A DNA stretch of 6,469 bases from a virus. The translations under genes and the position numbers were made by a program. The notes below the pieces were generated by a model that saw nothing but the letters and a program-made list of their open reading frames with translations, did not search any database and had not been told where the DNA came from. Below, in pieces: positions 5,723 through 6,469 of this stretch; positions within the stretch are counted from its first letter, which is position 1, and each line of letters opens with the position of its first letter. Location: IMG/VR virus record IMGVR_UViG_3300020030_000027, positions 1-6,469 of that record; one strand, given 5' to 3'.

Positions 5723-5764
5723 GTGCGTTAGGGATAGAGGCGAGTATCGGAGTGAAACGTAGAT

Positions 5765-6142
5765 ATGTTTGAGCCGGATAGCCCGCTCGAACGCTCAAAT
5801 TATAAATCTTTAAATTTTTTAATTATGGCACTTAGAAAATTGATTCCGCAAATTAATTCGGTTTCTTGCAAATTATCTTCAAAAGATATGCTTGTTACAA
5901 AACCGGATTTGGCGATTACGCCTAGTCAAGTCCAAGAATTAACGAATAAAGGTATTTCGGTGAGTTTGCCGAATGCAAAACAATTTTTGGACGGACATGC
6001 TATAGAAACGGCTAAGAGTTGGGACGTTGACCCTATATTTAAACGTGATGCAAATATTTGTACTATGTTTGAACTCGAAAGAGATTCTCAAGGCAAGATT
6101 ATTCGTGCCCATAAAGTTGACCGCAAAAAATTTGGTGATTAA
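5765..6142 (+). CDS. Hypothetical protein, 125 aa (105 aa if started at ATG 5825), translationally coupled to VP2; possible scaffolding-type protein
   Basis: ORF from ATG 5765 to TAA 6140-6142. The stop overlaps the VP2 start as TAATG (6140-6144). The alternative start 5825 sits in TTAATTATGGC (5819-5829), the same 11-mer that surrounds the VP1 start (3035-3045), so 5825 may be the real start (MALRKLIPQ...). I recognise no family with confidence. Confidence 0.6.
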   Translation: MFEPDSPLERSNYKSLNFLIMALRKLIPQINSVSCKLSSKDMLVTKPDLAITPSQVQELTNKGISVSLPNAKQFLDGHAIETAKSWDVDPIFKRDANICTMFELERDSQGKIIRAHKVDRKKFGD

Positions 6143-6469
6143 TGTACGGTTTAATTGGTGCGGCACTTGGCGCAATTTCCCAAAATTTTAATATCTCCGA
6201 ATCCATTGCAGCAAACAAGCAAGAACAACAGTCAAATCGTGATTACAATTTGAATCTTGCAAAGTTGCAAAATCAATGGAATCGTGAACAATGGGAAAGA
6301 GAAGCCCAATATAATTCACCTGCTGCGTACCGTGCCCGTCTTGCAGCGGCAGGAATGAATCCAGATTTAGCATACGGCAATGTTAATGGCACTGCTCCCG
6401 CTAGTCCTGGTATGACCTCCGGAGAACCCTCTCTACCTGTTGATTATTCTGCTATTGCTGGAAAGCAAA
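6142..6469 (+). CDS. VP2: DNA pilot / minor capsid protein VP2, 5' part (continues through the circle junction into 1-900)
   Basis: Hand translation from ATG 6142 gives MYGLIGAALGAISQNFNISESIAANKQEQQSNRDYNLNLAKLQNQWNREQWEREAQYNSPAAYRARLAAAGMNPDLAYGN..., with no stop up to the window end. The ORF track omits it because no stop occurs inside the window. Bases 6349-6469 duplicate 1-121 in the same frame. The full gene is 6142-6348 plus 1-900, which is 1107 nt and 368 aa. The N-terminus is hydrophobic and Gly/Ala-rich. Confidence 0.85.
   Translation, partial: MYGLIGAALGAISQNFNISESIAANKQEQQSNRDYNLNLAKLQNQWNREQWEREAQYNSPAAYRARLAAAGMNPDLAYGNVNGTAPASPGMTSGEPSLPVDYSAIAGKQ
6349..6469. repeat. Terminal direct repeat, copy 2 (identical to 1-121)
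   Basis: Exact 121-nt identity with the window start. See the copy 1 entry. Confidence 0.97.

Noticed and set aside
5568-5728. The GCGTGCGT repeats considered as a CRISPR array or a mobile-element end.
   Set aside because: There are only two adjacent 13-nt units plus one distant octamer. There is no repeat-spacer periodicity and no transposase or terminal inverted repeats bounding a cargo.
85-6373. All minus-strand ORFs in the track: 85-306, 96-281, 294-545, 1196-1390, 2539-2781, 2823-3020, 3412-3672, 4250-4447, 4691-4888, 5324-5506, 5939-6175, 6188-6373.
   Set aside because: Each is short (60-86 aa) and lies antisense to, or largely overlaps, a well-supported + strand gene. They have low-complexity or odd compositions. 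Microviridae transcribe from a single strand. The ORFs are most simply explained as shadow ORFs in AT-rich sequence.

Overview
The window is one complete circular ssDNA microvirus genome (family Microviridae, not phiX-like). Bases 1-121 are identical to 6349-6469, so the unit length is 6348 nt and the window over-reads the circle by 121 nt. All convincing genes are on the + strand, which is T-rich at third codon positions. They are: replication initiator VP4 (1074-2426, RCR motifs I/II/III present); an unusually long major capsid protein VP1 (3041-5476, 811 aa); the DNA pilot/minor capsid protein VP2, which starts at 6142, crosses the junction and ends at 900 (368 aa); a 125-aa ORF (5765-6142) coupled to VP2 through a TAATG overlap; and three small ORFs of 57, 77 and 66 aa packed between VP4 and VP1. 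Two non-coding regions remain. Region 901-1073 holds a strong hairpin and a phiX174-like nick-site decamer. Region 5477-5764 holds a GC-rich tandem 13-mer, a stem-loop cluster and a Bacteroides-type promoter motif. The most interesting items are a roughly 270-aa insertion in the capsid protein, a small membrane/lipoprotein-like ORF just upstream of VP1 (candidate for the unidentified lysis or exclusion function), the candidate origin motif, and the structured GC-rich intergenic region. The lack of Shine-Dalgarno sequences, the TAnnTTTG motifs, and the large VP1 and VP4 suggest a Bacteroidetes-associated (Alpavirinae-like) lineage, but this is inference only. No tRNA, rRNA, CRISPR, integrase or transposase is visible.
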